From: Planctomycetota bacterium
Lineage (GTDB): Bacteria > Planctomycetota > Planctomycetia > Pirellulales > UBA1268
DNA length: 64,000 bases
Reading direction: 5' to 3'
Assembly: GCA_029978905.1 (NCBI GenBank)
Contig: JAPOIM010000012.1
Location: 333-64,332 of the forward strand
Each line of letters starts with the position of its first letter. Position 1 is the stretch's first letter. A model generated the notes under the pieces. That model was not told the origin of the DNA, did no database searches, and saw only the letters and a program-made list of their open reading frames with translations. Shown one piece after another: positions 17,865 through 28,015 of this stretch. A program made the translations under genes and the position numbers.

Positions 17865-17887
17865 AAAAAACCCCGAGAAACCGGGAG
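17865..17887 (-). terminator. intrinsic terminator candidate downstream of the UDP-xylose synthase gene
   Basis: The minus-strand RNA reads CCCGG-UUUC-UCGGG, a 5-bp stem including one G.U pair, followed by G + UUUUUU. A second GC hairpin (CGCCGCC...GGCGG) precedes it at about 17891-17912. Confidence 0.5.
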
Positions 17888-17956
17888 AAGACCGCCGTTT
17901 GAGGAGGCGGCGAAGGGTGAAACCCAAAAACCGTGCCGTTTGGGTGTCGCCTGCAG

Positions 17957-18931
17957 CTAGTAGTTCGGGGTGGGGGCGCGGAAGTCGTCGAGGTTGACGG
18001 AGCGAAACCAGTCGATGGTTTTGGCGAGGCCCTCGCGGAGAGGCACGGTGGGCTGCCAGCCAAGTCGCGACTCGGCGAGCGAGATGTCGGGTCGGCGTCG
18101 CTCGGGGTCGTCGACTGGCAGCGGCTTTTCGATCAGCGGCGACGAGGAGCCGGTGAGTTCGAGGGTGAGTTCGGCAAGCTGGCGAATGGTGAACTCACCT
18201 GGATTGCCTATGTTCACTGGTCCGGGAAAGTCGTCGGGGCCATTCATCATCCGGATCATTCCCTCCACGAGATCGTCGCGGTAGCAGAAGCTCCGCGTTT
18301 GGGAGCCGTTGCCGAAGAGGGTGATCGGTTCGCCGGCCAGGGCTTGGCGGATGAAGTTGGACACCACGCGGCCATCGAAGGGGTGCATGCGAGGACCGTA
18401 GGTGTTGAAGATCCGTACGATCCGCACGTTGACGCCGTTGTGGCGGGAGTAGTCCATGAACAGGGTTTCGGCCGCGCGTTTTCCCTCGTCGTAGCAGGCT
18501 CGCGGTCCAATCGGATTCACCGCGCCGCGGTAGTGCTCCGGCTGGGGGTGCACTTCGGGGTCGCCGTAGACCTCGCTGGTCGATGCCTGCAGCACCTTGG
18601 CTCGGCACCGCTTGGCCATCCCAAGCACGTTGATCGCCCCCATCACTGATGTCTTCATCGTCTTGATGGGATTGAACTGGTAATGCCCAGGAGCGGCGGG
18701 GCAGGCGAGGTTGTAGATCTCATCCACCTCCAGCCAAATCGGGTGGATGATGTCGTGCCGAACCAGCTCAAAGTTCTTGCGGCTGAGGAGATGGGTGACG
18801 TTGGTCTTTTGGCTGGTGAAGAAGTTGTCGACGCAGATCACGTCGTGGCCTTCGTCCACCAGTCGCTCGCAAAGGTGGCTCCCGAGAAACCCCGCGCCAC
18901 CGGTGACAAGAATCCGCTTGAGAACTGCCAT
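17957..18931 (-). CDS. UDP-glucuronate decarboxylase (UDP-xylose synthase), SDR family
   Basis: [18 protein letters not shown] is the Rossmann motif, followed by [12 protein letters not shown]. The catalytic YDEGKR and other motifs are collinear with UXS-type enzymes. 324 aa. Confidence 0.85.
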   Translation of the reverse strand: MAVLKRILVTGGAGFLGSHLCERLVDEGHDVICVDNFFTSQKTNVTHLLSRKNFELVRHDIIHPIWLEVDEIYNLACPAAPGHYQFNPIKTMKTSVMGAINVLGMAKRCRAKVLQASTSEVYGDPEVHPQPEHYRGAVNPIGPRACYDEGKRAAETLFMDYSRHNGVNVRIVRIFNTYGPRMHPFDGRVVSNFIRQALAGEPITLFGNGSQTRSFCYRDDLVEGMIRMMNGPDDFPGPVNIGNPGEFTIRQLAELTLELTGSSSPLIEKPLPVDDPERRRPDISLAESRLGWQPTVPLREGLAKTIDWFRSVNLDDFRAPTPNY

Positions 18932-19073
18932 GTGGTTCTTTCTGCGATTGCGGGAACGGAAGAGTGCCAGCGTAGTGATGGGGGCACCGCGAAAAACGCG
19001 GCGGTGGGATCACCCCTGAGGTAGACTCGCAGTCTGGCGGATGCCTACAAGTTTCGAAACCCCGGGAGATCCC

Positions 19074-20030
19074 ATGCCAGACCGCATCCTTCGCCGTGAC
19101 CTTCTCCAAGGACTTGCCGCAGGTGGAATCTTTACGGGAGGCGCGATCGCGGCAGGGCTGACCGCGGGGTCGGCGCGGACTGCCGAGGACGGTGAACGCG
19201 GCGCGCTCGGTGGCATTCGCCAGTCGATTGTGTACTGGTGCTTCCACGCTCCCAACGACAACCGCGAGATTCCCAGTTGGGATATCGAGCGGATGTGCGA
19301 AGTGGCGGTGGAACTCGGCTGCCAGTCGATCGAACTCGCTCCGCGGGAAACGTGGGACACGATCAAGAAGCATGGGCTGACCTCCGCGATCACCTCCAAC
19401 GGGTCGTTCAAAAAGGGCTTCAACAACCCCCGCTACCATGACGAACTGGTGGCCCGCACCACCGACGCGATCGATGCCGCCGCAGACGCAGGCTTTCCGT
19501 CGGTGATCACGTTCACGGGCTTTAAATGGCGCGATGCGGATGATCCAAACAGTGGTGAGATCCCTCTCGACGAGGCGGCCGACAACTGCGTGGCTGGGCT
19601 GCGGCGCGTCATCGAGCATGCGGAGAAGCGCGGTGTGAATATCTGCATCGAGCACCTCAACAGCCGAGACAGCTCGCATCCCATGAAGGGGCACCCGGGC
19701 TACCAGGGAGACGACGTCGACTGGCTGGCCGATGTGGTGCGGAAAGTTGGCTCGGAACGGATGAAGATCCTGTTCGACATCTACCACGTGCAGATCATGC
19801 ACGGCGATGTGATGCGGCGGCTCGAGGAGCACCATGATGTGATCGGGCATGTGCACACCGCCGGCAATCCGGGGCGTGGCGAACTCGACGACCGGCAAGA
19901 GATCTACTACCCAGCGATCATGCGGAAGCTCGTAGAGCTCAAGTATTCCGGCTTTGTCGGCCAGGAGTTCATCCCCACGCGCGATCCCTACGCCGGACTC
20001 AGTCAGGCAGTCGCCGCCTGCGACGTCTGA
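19074..20030 (+). CDS. hydroxypyruvate isomerase-like / xylose-isomerase-fold TIM-barrel protein with Tat signal
   Basis: The start was re-picked at ATG 19074 (MPDRILRRDLLQGLAAGGIF, a twin-arginine leader). NICIEHLN, FDIYHVQIMHGD and IGHVHTAG are typical AP-endonuclease-2/Hyi-family metal-ligand regions. Confidence 0.7.
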   Translation: MPDRILRRDLLQGLAAGGIFTGGAIAAGLTAGSARTAEDGERGALGGIRQSIVYWCFHAPNDNREIPSWDIERMCEVAVELGCQSIELAPRETWDTIKKHGLTSAITSNGSFKKGFNNPRYHDELVARTTDAIDAAADAGFPSVITFTGFKWRDADDPNSGEIPLDEAADNCVAGLRRVIEHAEKRGVNICIEHLNSRDSSHPMKGHPGYQGDDVDWLADVVRKVGSERMKILFDIYHVQIMHGDVMRRLEEHHDVIGHVHTAGNPGRGELDDRQEIYYPAIMRKLVELKYSGFVGQEFIPTRDPYAGLSQAVAACDV

Positions 20031-21427
20031 GGTCTGCTGTCGACAAGAACCATCCGCAGGTCGGCCACGTTGGTCCCGGTGGGGCCCGTGTGGATCAGGC
20101 CTCCGGCAGCCGCGAGCAGGGGGGAGGCATCGCAGCGTTGCACAGCATCTGCGAGCGAGAGCCCGCGTGTGGTGATCGTCGCGGCGACCTCTGCATCGGC
20201 AACACCACCGGCGGCCTGCGTGGGCCCGTCTTCGCCATCGGTGCCCAGGCTCGCGACGAGCAGTCCCTCCGGCCACCCCTCCTGGCGGCATGCTGAGGCG
20301 AGGGCAGCTACCACGGACTGCTGGTTGCGCCCGCCGAGGCCATGCCCTTCGGGCAGGTGCACCGTCGCTTCACCCCCTTCCAGGATCGCCAGCCGTTCCC
20401 GCAAGCCGGAGTGGACCGCTTCGCATCCTTCGGCGGCGAGCCTCGCTCCCACTTCGTCAGCGGTTTCGCTGCTGGCGGGATTCGCGGGCCGCACGCGCAG
20501 CTGATATCCGCGGCGCGAGGCTTCTGCTGCGGCGGCGTCGAGGGCGGTGTCGTTTGAGGCGAGCAGGTGGTGGCTGACCTTGCAGCCACGTGGCGTGCGC
20601 CAGCGGCCAGGGGCGGAATCGCTTTGCGGCTCTCTCTGGCCTGCTGGCGAGGAGGCTGCCGCGGTCTGCAGAAAGGCCACGATCGCAGGGGCGATGCCGG
20701 CCGTCGTGGCTCCAAATCGCTCGAGGATGGCCAGTGCATCGGCTGGGGCCACGAGCACAGGCATGCAGGGCCCGGAACTGATCGTCTCGAGCGGGTCTCC
20801 GATGACGTCGGAGATCGCAAGCACCACCAGCCGCCCCGCCCCGCAGCCGCGGGCCATGCCCCCAGCCTTCACGTCGCTCAGGGCCTGCCGCACCTTGTTG
20901 AGTTCACGGATCGTGGCGCCGTGCTCGGAGAGCCAGCGGGTGGTGGCAGCGATCTCCTCCAACGGAATGCCGGGCCGTGGCGCGGTGAGGATCGCTGAGC
21001 CTCCTCCCGTGACCACGGCAATGGCGAGGTCATCGTGCGAGAGGGCTGAGAGCATGGCAAGCATCTCTCGCGTGGCCGCCACGCAGGCCTCGGTCGGCTC
21101 GTTGCGCCCGGCGGGCCGCACCTCGCGGACCTCCAGTCGTGGAAGCTGCACGCCGCAGCCTTCAGGCACACCGATCAGACCTGAGACAGGAAGCGTCGTG
21201 GGGAGCAGTTGCTCCAGGCCCGTTGCCAGGCCAGCCGCGGCTTTCCCTCCACCCACCACCACCATCCGCCGAGCGTGTCCGAGGTGAACTGGTGGATCAA
21301 GAGGCGCGCGATCCAACAGCAGTTGATCGCCCTCCATGGTCAGTCGCTCGGTCACCAGTCGCTCGGGAGCGACGGCCGCGAAGGCAGCCTGCCAGAGAGC
21401 CTCAGCATCTTCGCGGAGTGTGGCCAT
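20003..21427 (-). CDS. glycerate 2-kinase / hydroxypyruvate reductase-like (DUF4147 + MOFRL)
   Basis: VVVGGGKAAAGLA is the N-terminal DUF4147 motif. The C-terminal region reads GTDGEDGPT...TGPTGTNVADL (MOFRL). 474 aa. Confidence 0.75.
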   Translation of the reverse strand: MATLREDAEALWQAAFAAVAPERLVTERLTMEGDQLLLDRAPLDPPVHLGHARRMVVVGGGKAAAGLATGLEQLLPTTLPVSGLIGVPEGCGVQLPRLEVREVRPAGRNEPTEACVAATREMLAMLSALSHDDLAIAVVTGGGSAILTAPRPGIPLEEIAATTRWLSEHGATIRELNKVRQALSDVKAGGMARGCGAGRLVVLAISDVIGDPLETISSGPCMPVLVAPADALAILERFGATTAGIAPAIVAFLQTAAASSPAGQREPQSDSAPGRWRTPRGCKVSHHLLASNDTALDAAAAEASRRGYQLRVRPANPASSETADEVGARLAAEGCEAVHSGLRERLAILEGGEATVHLPEGHGLGGRNQQSVVAALASACRQEGWPEGLLVASLGTDGEDGPTQAAGGVADAEVAATITTRGLSLADAVQRCDASPLLAAAGGLIHTGPTGTNVADLRMVLVDSRPQTSQAATA

Positions 21428-21454
21428 GCGTGTGCGTCTCGCGCGCCCGTGCGC

Positions 21455-22312
21455 CTACGTGCCATCAAATGGTGGAGGGATGTTCTTCGGATCGAAGCGA
21501 GAAAGGTCGATCCCGCCTCGGGCTTCCTCTTCCAGCAACTTCACCCGCATCTCCAACCGCTCGAGCCTCCGCGCGAGCAAGGCTGGGGTCTCGTCGGGAG
21601 GCGCGGCTCGTTTCGGTCGAGGGACGATCGGGTAGCCCATTTGCCGTTGGAGTGCGGCAAAGAAATAGAGTGGATCTTTCCCGCGGTTGGCCCGGGCGAT
21701 GCGTCCTTCGCGATTGCCGAAGAGAATCGGTCGGTCGGGCACCGGCGGTTCACGACCGGCAGCCGTCGCAGCACGTGCCTCGAGCCGCCAGTATTCCTCG
21801 CTTCGCACGTAGACCAGGTCGGCCAAGTCGATGAACCCGACCTGTCGGCTGACAGCCTCAATCCACTCCTGCCAGCCCTGATCAAAGATCGGATCCTTGC
21901 CGATCGCCGTCAGGCCATGGCCGTAGTCAAGCCGATTCCGCGAGAGGCATTCAAAGCGGTAGAAGAAGAGTCCTTGCGGCGACGCGTCTTCGCTGCGGTA
22001 GATCGCTTCCTGCTCCAGAATCGCCAAAGCGATCCGCATGTCGAAGCGGCCTTCTTCCTCTTCCGCCTCGCTGATCACGAAGGTCTGGAAAGGCGTGAAA
22101 TAGTGAGAGAGGCGGGCCATCGCCGTCGAGAGCGTGCCCACGAGTTTCATTTCGCCGACGAGGTAGTCGATCGCCATCGGCAGTTTTGTGGTGGCGAGGA
22201 CCTCTTCGCCGATCAGCTTTAAGGCTTCTTGGGCAGCAACCCCCTCCGCCATTCGGCCAGCGAAAGCGCGAAAAAAGTGGGCCTGCTCGACGAACTCTTC
22301 CCGGTTGAGCAT
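21455..22312 (-). CDS. conserved hypothetical protein
   Basis: The start was re-picked at ATG 22312, after GAGGGGAAG. 285 aa with a helical N-terminal half and a basic, Pro-rich tail. The stop is 27 nt upstream of the glycerate kinase start on the same strand. No family is recognised. Confidence 0.55.
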   Translation of the reverse strand: MLNREEFVEQAHFFRAFAGRMAEGVAAQEALKLIGEEVLATTKLPMAIDYLVGEMKLVGTLSTAMARLSHYFTPFQTFVISEAEEEEGRFDMRIALAILEQEAIYRSEDASPQGLFFYRFECLSRNRLDYGHGLTAIGKDPIFDQGWQEWIEAVSRQVGFIDLADLVYVRSEEYWRLEARAATAAGREPPVPDRPILFGNREGRIARANRGKDPLYFFAALQRQMGYPIVPRPKRAAPPDETPALLARRLERLEMRVKLLEEEARGGIDLSRFDPKNIPPPFDGT

Positions 22313-22501
22313 CTTCCCCTCACGACCGTCACCACACGCCACCGAAGCCACGGCATCGCGGCCAAGATCCCTGCTCGCCGCTATTCCGCGGCATGCGGCA
22401 TCCTATACTGAGGATGGACTGAGCGACCGGTTCGTGGTCCGCAGGCCTTATTTCCACGCCTTTCGCGACTTGCTCCCTTTTAAGGAACACGACACACCGA
22501 C

Positions 22502-23752
22502 ATGGCCGATCACACGAACCCGCAGGAGTTTTCATCAGTCGAAGCGGCGATCGATGCCTTTCGGCGCGGGCAGATTGTGATCGTGGTCGATGCTGAAGAC
22601 CGCGAGAATGAGGGAGACTTTGTTTGCGCGGCCTCCGCGGCCAGCACCGAGACCGTGAACTTCATGATCCGGTATGGACGAGGGCAGGTCTGCATGTCGA
22701 TTCTGCCTGATGTGGCCAAGCGGCTCGACCTGCCGATGATGGTGGAGTCGAACTCCACGCCGCTGGGAACCGCGTTCACCGTGCCGGTCGATCATCGCTC
22801 CGCGCGGACCGGCATCACTGCCGGAGAGCGTGCGACTGCGATCGCTGCCATCCTCGATCCCGCCAGCGCCGCGAGTGACTTTGTGCGACCGGGCCACCTC
22901 TTCCCGCTTGTCGCCAAGGAAGGGGGGGTGCTCAGGAGGGCAGGGCATACGGAAGCGGCGGTTGATCTCGCCCGGCTGGCAGGCCTTGCGCCGTCGGGTG
23001 TGCTCTGCGAGATCCTCGACGAGTCGGGCAACCGCGCAGGCCGCGCCGACCTCGTCGCCCTCGCGAAGCAGCACGGGCTGGAGATGATCTCGATCGAGGA
23101 GTTGATTCGCTACAGGCGTGCTCGCGAGAAGTTGGTGGAGCGCGTGGCTGAGGCCGACCTTCCCACGAAGTGGGGACGGTTCCGCGTGATCGCCTACAAC
23201 GTGAAGTTTGAGTCGCAGCAGCCGATTGTGCTCGCCTACGGGGACTTGTCGAAGGCGACCGCGCCCCTGGTGCGGCTGCACTCCTCCTGCTTCACCGGCG
23301 ACTTGCTCGACAGCCTCCGCTGTGACTGTGGCGACCAGCTCCGCATGGCGATGGAGAAGATCGCTCAGGAGGGCGCGGGGGTGCTCGTGTATCTGCCCCA
23401 GGAAGGTCGCGGCATCGGACTGGTGGAGAAGATTCGTGCGTATCAGCTCCAGGATCAGGGGCTCGACACGGTCGAGGCGAATCTCGCGCTTGGATTCAAA
23501 GCCGACTCCCGCGACTACGGTGTGGGGATTCAGTTGCTCAAAGACCTGGGTCTCCGCCAGGTTCGGCTGTTGACCAACAATCCGAAGAAGACCGATGCCT
23601 TCATTTATGGAGGCTTCGACCTTGAGGTGGTCGATCAGGTGCCAATCCTGCCGCCGGTCAACGAACACAACGAGCGGTATCTCGCCACGAAGCGCGAGAA
23701 GATGGGACATCACTTCCCTCCTCCCTCTGCAGCGCGGCCGACTGCGGAATAG
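22502..23752 (+). CDS. ribBA: bifunctional 3,4-dihydroxy-2-butanone-4-phosphate synthase / GTP cyclohydrolase II
   Basis: The RibB half has DAEDRENEGDFV and RAGHTEAAVDLARLAG. The RibA half has RLHSSCFTGDLLDSLRCDCGDQL and EGRGIGL. Confidence 0.92.
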   Translation: MADHTNPQEFSSVEAAIDAFRRGQIVIVVDAEDRENEGDFVCAASAASTETVNFMIRYGRGQVCMSILPDVAKRLDLPMMVESNSTPLGTAFTVPVDHRSARTGITAGERATAIAAILDPASAASDFVRPGHLFPLVAKEGGVLRRAGHTEAAVDLARLAGLAPSGVLCEILDESGNRAGRADLVALAKQHGLEMISIEELIRYRRAREKLVERVAEADLPTKWGRFRVIAYNVKFESQQPIVLAYGDLSKATAPLVRLHSSCFTGDLLDSLRCDCGDQLRMAMEKIAQEGAGVLVYLPQEGRGIGLVEKIRAYQLQDQGLDTVEANLALGFKADSRDYGVGIQLLKDLGLRQVRLLTNNPKKTDAFIYGGFDLEVVDQVPILPPVNEHNERYLATKREKMGHHFPPPSAARPTAE

Positions 23753-23846
23753 CCGCCACGGTTTCTGTTGACCGAGGCGATGCAAGGGCGCTACGATCGC
23801 GGTGTCTTTGGGAAACCAGCCACCCCGACGGAGCGACGGCGTGACC

Positions 23847-25826
23847 ATGCAACGCACCACGAAGCGACAGGTTTTCCATAAATTTCACCATGTTTCATGG
23901 GTGACGGTGACGGCACTGGGCGTGTTGGTGGGGCTGGTCGCGGGCTGCGGCGACGACCCGGATGCCCTGCAGGAGATCACGCCCGAGGCGGCTCTGGCGG
24001 TTCCCGATGGGAAATCCGGCGGTGCTGAGGAGCGTTTGCTCGAGCCATTTGATCCACCGCCGCTCGAGGAACTTCTCGACGCGTCGACCTGGCTGGATCG
24101 CCCCGTGCGGGATGCCCTGCTGCGGCTCCGCGAGGAGCAGGCTGAGGAGCCGGCGCTCGCGAGCCCCGCAGAGGCCCTGACGCTTGCCAACGACTCTGAG
24201 GAGAACAACGCGAAGATTCTCTCCGCGCTCGGAAGGCAGCCGGCCGATGGGGACGCAAATCTTGGCGCGTCGGTCAATCGTCACATTCCCGCCGATGTGG
24301 GGAGCACGAATCCCATCCTGATCAGTTCGACCTCGGAGTTCGATGTGCTCGGCCTGACCGGGTTTGGGCTGTTCTCCTTTGATCGTCGGATGGAGCCGTT
24401 TGCCTCAGCCGATGCGGTGGTCAGCTGGCAGACCAGTGCGGATGGCTTGGTTGACAAGATCGTGCTTCGCGACGACCTCGTGTGGAGCGATGGCCATCCC
24501 ATCACGGCCCACGATGTGGCGTTTACCTTTCAGGTGATCATGGATCCTCGCGTGCCCGTGCCGGCGGTTCGCAGTGGGACCGATCAGCTGCGTTGGGTGC
24601 ATGCGTACGACGACACGACCCTCGTGTTCTTCCACAAGGAAGCCTTTGCGACCAATGTGTGGAACATCAACTTCCCTGTGCTTCCCAAGCACGTCTATGA
24701 GTTGACCTGGGAGGACGACCCAACGCTGAAAGACAGCTCTGCCCACGTGAAACTGGAGCAGCAGCCGGTTTCGGGAGGGCCGTACGAGATTGTGGAGCGA
24801 ACGCGTGGTCAGCAGATCGTGTTACGACGGCGGGAGAGTTGGCACACCGTGAACGGCCAGCAGGTACGGGACGTGCCCTACTTCGAAGAGATTCGGTTCC
24901 GCATCATCGAAGATCCCAACACGTCGCTCCTGGCCCTCAAGGCCGGAGAGATCGATGAGATGATCCTCCTTCCCGAGCAGTGGACGACGCAGACGGCCGG
25001 TGCCGACTTCTATGAGCGGAACACGAAGGCGACAGCGCTTGAGTGGGTGAGCTTCCACTTTGGCTGGAATGTCAACACGCCTTACTTCTCCGACCGCCGC
25101 GTACGGCGGGCAATGAGCTACGCCTTCGACCATGAACGGATGCTCGAAAAGCTCTGCTACGGCCTCTACGAGCCAGCGACGGGCGTTTTCCATCAGACGG
25201 GCTGGATGGCGACCAAGAAGAAACTGGATCCCTACCGGCAGGATCTCGACACGGCGGAAAACCTGCTTGATGAGGCTGGCTGGATCGATCACGACAACGA
25301 CGGTGTGCGTGACAAAGAAATCAACGGCCGCTTTGTGCCCTTCGAGTTTTCGATCCTCACGAGCAACCAGCCATTGCGAGTGGCGATTTGCACGCTGCTG
25401 CAGGAGAGCCTCGACCGCATTGGGGTGCGGGTGAACGTGCGCCCGGTCGAGTCGACGGTGCTTCAGCAGTTCACGCTCGAACGGAAGTTTGAAGCCTACT
25501 TTGGAGGGTGGGGCACAGGCACCGATCCCGACACCAGTGAAAACATCTGGCGGACCGGGGCGGGGAGGAACTTTGTGAACTACTCCAATCCGGAAGTCGA
25601 TCGGTTGTACGACGAAGGACGCCGCGAACTGGATCGGGCCAAGCGTGCGGAGAAATATGCCCGCATCCAAGAGATCCTTTACGACGATCAGCCCTACACG
25701 TGGCTTTACTGGCGGAACAGCTTCTACGGGTTTTCGAAGGATCTGCGAGGCTATGTGTTCAGCCCTCGGGGGCCCTACAACTATTCCCCTGGGTTTAGCA
25801 GTCTTTGGAAGCCCGCCGTGGAGTGA
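23847..25826 (+). CDS. ABC transporter substrate-binding lipoprotein, family 5 (peptide/nickel, DppA/OppA-like)
   Basis: The start was re-picked at ATG 23847. The lipobox is LVGLVAGC. The body is family-5 SBP-like (FHKEAFATNVWNINFPVLPKHVY, YGGWGTGTDPD) with a roughly 130-aa N-terminal extension. Confidence 0.8.
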   Translation: MQRTTKRQVFHKFHHVSWVTVTALGVLVGLVAGCGDDPDALQEITPEAALAVPDGKSGGAEERLLEPFDPPPLEELLDASTWLDRPVRDALLRLREEQAEEPALASPAEALTLANDSEENNAKILSALGRQPADGDANLGASVNRHIPADVGSTNPILISSTSEFDVLGLTGFGLFSFDRRMEPFASADAVVSWQTSADGLVDKIVLRDDLVWSDGHPITAHDVAFTFQVIMDPRVPVPAVRSGTDQLRWVHAYDDTTLVFFHKEAFATNVWNINFPVLPKHVYELTWEDDPTLKDSSAHVKLEQQPVSGGPYEIVERTRGQQIVLRRRESWHTVNGQQVRDVPYFEEIRFRIIEDPNTSLLALKAGEIDEMILLPEQWTTQTAGADFYERNTKATALEWVSFHFGWNVNTPYFSDRRVRRAMSYAFDHERMLEKLCYGLYEPATGVFHQTGWMATKKKLDPYRQDLDTAENLLDEAGWIDHDNDGVRDKEINGRFVPFEFSILTSNQPLRVAICTLLQESLDRIGVRVNVRPVESTVLQQFTLERKFEAYFGGWGTGTDPDTSENIWRTGAGRNFVNYSNPEVDRLYDEGRRELDRAKRAEKYARIQEILYDDQPYTWLYWRNSFYGFSKDLRGYVFSPRGPYNYSPGFSSLWKPAVE

Positions 25827-25883
25827 CCTGCCGATGGCGGTGGCCAGCGTTGTGCGGTAGGAGTCCTGTCGAGAGCAGACCGT

Positions 25884-26879
25884 ATGGTGTCGTATCTCAT
25901 TCGTCGCATGGTCCTCGCGGTGATCACGCTGCTGATGATCACCGGGATCGTCTACGGGCTTGCGCGTGCGATGCCAGGGACGCCGTTGACAGTTGCGATC
26001 GGTGAAACCGACCCGAGCCGGAAGCTGAATCCTGCCGACATCGAACGGATGAAGAAGGCTTACGGCCTGGATAAGCCGTGGTACACCGCCTACTTCGTGT
26101 GGGCAGGCAACGTGGTGCGCGGCGACCTTGGCCGCTCCATTTCCCGCAAGCAGCCCGTCGCCACGCTGATCGGCGAGCGGATTGGGCCGACGCTCGCGCT
26201 CTCTGGCTCCGCACTGCTGCTGACATGGATGCTTTCCATTCCGCTCGGGCTCTACGCCTCTGCGCGGAGTGGTGCGGTGGATGAACGTGCGGTGAGCTTT
26301 GGGCTGTACGTGCTCTATTCTTTTCCAACGTTTGTCGCAGCCCTCTTTCTGCAGATCATCTTTGCCGTGTGGCTGCGAGAGACCGCGTGGGAGCTGCCCC
26401 TGTTTGGGATGCGGGGGGATGGTTATTCCACGGAATCGTCGTGGCTGGCCCGCACGGCGGATGTGGCCCGGCACGCGATTTTGCCAGTGATCTGCCAGTC
26501 GTACGTGAGCCTGGCGTGGTACAGCCGCTTCATTCACGCCAACATGCAGGAGGTGGTCCGGCAGGACTACATCCGTACGGCAAAAGCCAAAGGGGCAGGG
26601 CCATGGCGGGTGCTTGTGCACCATGCCTTCCGCAACACGCTGATCCCGCTGGTGACGTTGCTGGGACTGTCGCTGCCGGCGCTCCTCGGCGGATCGGTGA
26701 TCATCGAACAGATCTTCACTTGGCCAGGCATGGGACGGCTCTTTTTCGAGAGCATCCGTGAGCGTGACTACCCGACGATCATGGGGCTCACATTTATGTT
26801 CAGCGTCTTGACGTTGCTTGGGCAGTTGGTGGCGGATGTGCTCTACGCCTGGGTCGATCCGAGAGTGAGTGTGGAATGA
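25884..26879 (+). CDS. ABC transporter permease (DppB/OppB-like)
   Basis: MVSYLIRRMVLAVITLLMIT is the typical N-terminus. The EAA-loop region is YIRTAKAKGAG...VLVHHAFRNTLIPLVT. Confidence 0.88.
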   Translation: MVSYLIRRMVLAVITLLMITGIVYGLARAMPGTPLTVAIGETDPSRKLNPADIERMKKAYGLDKPWYTAYFVWAGNVVRGDLGRSISRKQPVATLIGERIGPTLALSGSALLLTWMLSIPLGLYASARSGAVDERAVSFGLYVLYSFPTFVAALFLQIIFAVWLRETAWELPLFGMRGDGYSTESSWLARTADVARHAILPVICQSYVSLAWYSRFIHANMQEVVRQDYIRTAKAKGAGPWRVLVHHAFRNTLIPLVTLLGLSLPALLGGSVIIEQIFTWPGMGRLFFESIRERDYPTIMGLTFMFSVLTLLGQLVADVLYAWVDPRVSVE

Positions 26880-27982
26880 CAGGCGAGCCGCACCAGTCTG
26901 CTGGACGTACCTCCGATGCGGATGCTGCCCGAGGCTTCTGGTCTGAGGCCTGGAAGCGATTTCGTGGTCGCAAACTCTCGATGGCGGCACTCGGGTTCGT
27001 GTTCTTCCTGGTGTTTGTCGCGACCTTCGCGCCGGCCATCGCTGGCACGAAGCCTGTCGTCTGTCGCTACAAGGGCACGATCTACTTTCCGTGTCTCGGC
27101 TACTTTGACCGCACGCTCGAACCGGTGATTTTTTCCAAGGATCGTTTTCGTGGCACGTATCCGGCCAACCTCGCGGAGAAGGATCCCGAGAGCTGGGCGG
27201 TCTGGCCACTGGTCTTCCAGGATCCCTACCGCGCGGTGCGTGAGAATGAGTGGCCGGGGGAGCCCGCCAACCCCGCGCGTGACCAAGGCAAGCCGAGCGC
27301 CCGCAACCTGTTTGGCACCGACCAGTATGGCGTGGATGTGTTTGCCAAGATGGTGCATGGCACCACGGTGGCGCTGCTCGTGGGCTTCGTGTCAATGGGC
27401 CTGGCGGGCACGATTGGGATCACCGTAGGGGCCACCGCGGGCTACTTCGGCGGCTGGGTCGACATGCTCGCGAGCCGACTGATCGAGGTGGTGATGTGCG
27501 TGCCGACGCTGGTGCTGATCCTGGCCCTGGTGGCGTTTGTCGACAAACCTTCGATCTGGAAGACGATGGCGATCATTGGGCTCACCGGCTGGACGGGCAT
27601 CGCCAGGCTGACGCGAGCGGAGTTTCTCAGGCTGCGGTCGAGTGAGTTTGTGATGGCCGCCCGCGCTGCCGGGGCAGGGCCTGTGCGGATCATGCTCAAG
27701 CACATCCTGCCTAACGCCCTCGCTCCGGTGCTGGTGCCAATCACGTTTGGGATTGCATCAGCCATCCTGATCGAGAGTTCGCTTTCCTTCCTAGGATTTG
27801 GGCCTCCTCCTCCTTCGGTGAGTTGGGGAAGCCTGCTCAACGACGCCCGCAGCAACCTGCAGATGTGGTGGCTCGTGGTGTTTCCGGGAATGGCCATCTT
27901 CCTGACGGTGCTCTCCTACAATCTGGTCGGAGAGGGGCTGCAGGAGGCTACTGATCCACGGCTTCGCGAGGCGCGCAAGTAA
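26876..27982 (+). CDS. ABC transporter permease (DppC/OppC-like)
   Basis: ATGA overlap with the upstream permease at 26876-26879. LFGTDQYGVDVFAKMVHG is the OppC N-terminal motif, and the EAA loop is FVMAARAAGAGPVRIMLKHILPNALAP. Confidence 0.88.
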   Translation: MTGEPHQSAGRTSDADAARGFWSEAWKRFRGRKLSMAALGFVFFLVFVATFAPAIAGTKPVVCRYKGTIYFPCLGYFDRTLEPVIFSKDRFRGTYPANLAEKDPESWAVWPLVFQDPYRAVRENEWPGEPANPARDQGKPSARNLFGTDQYGVDVFAKMVHGTTVALLVGFVSMGLAGTIGITVGATAGYFGGWVDMLASRLIEVVMCVPTLVLILALVAFVDKPSIWKTMAIIGLTGWTGIARLTRAEFLRLRSSEFVMAARAAGAGPVRIMLKHILPNALAPVLVPITFGIASAILIESSLSFLGFGPPPPSVSWGSLLNDARSNLQMWWLVVFPGMAIFLTVLSYNLVGEGLQEATDPRLREARK

Positions 27983-28015
27983 CTGTCCGACAGGCACATT
28001 CCGCAATCGAGACCC

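Noticed and set aside
18768-20291. 507-aa minus-strand ORF covering the UXS start region, the isomerase gene and the glycerate kinase 3' end
   Set aside because: It crosses three independently supported genes on both strands. Its composition is Arg/Pro/Gly-rich with no motifs.
24822-27395. 857-aa minus-strand ORF antisense to the peptide ABC SBP and permease genes
   Set aside because: It is Arg/Pro/His-rich with no recognisable motifs, while the plus strand encodes unmistakable DppA/B/C-like proteins. This is a typical high-GC antisense open frame.
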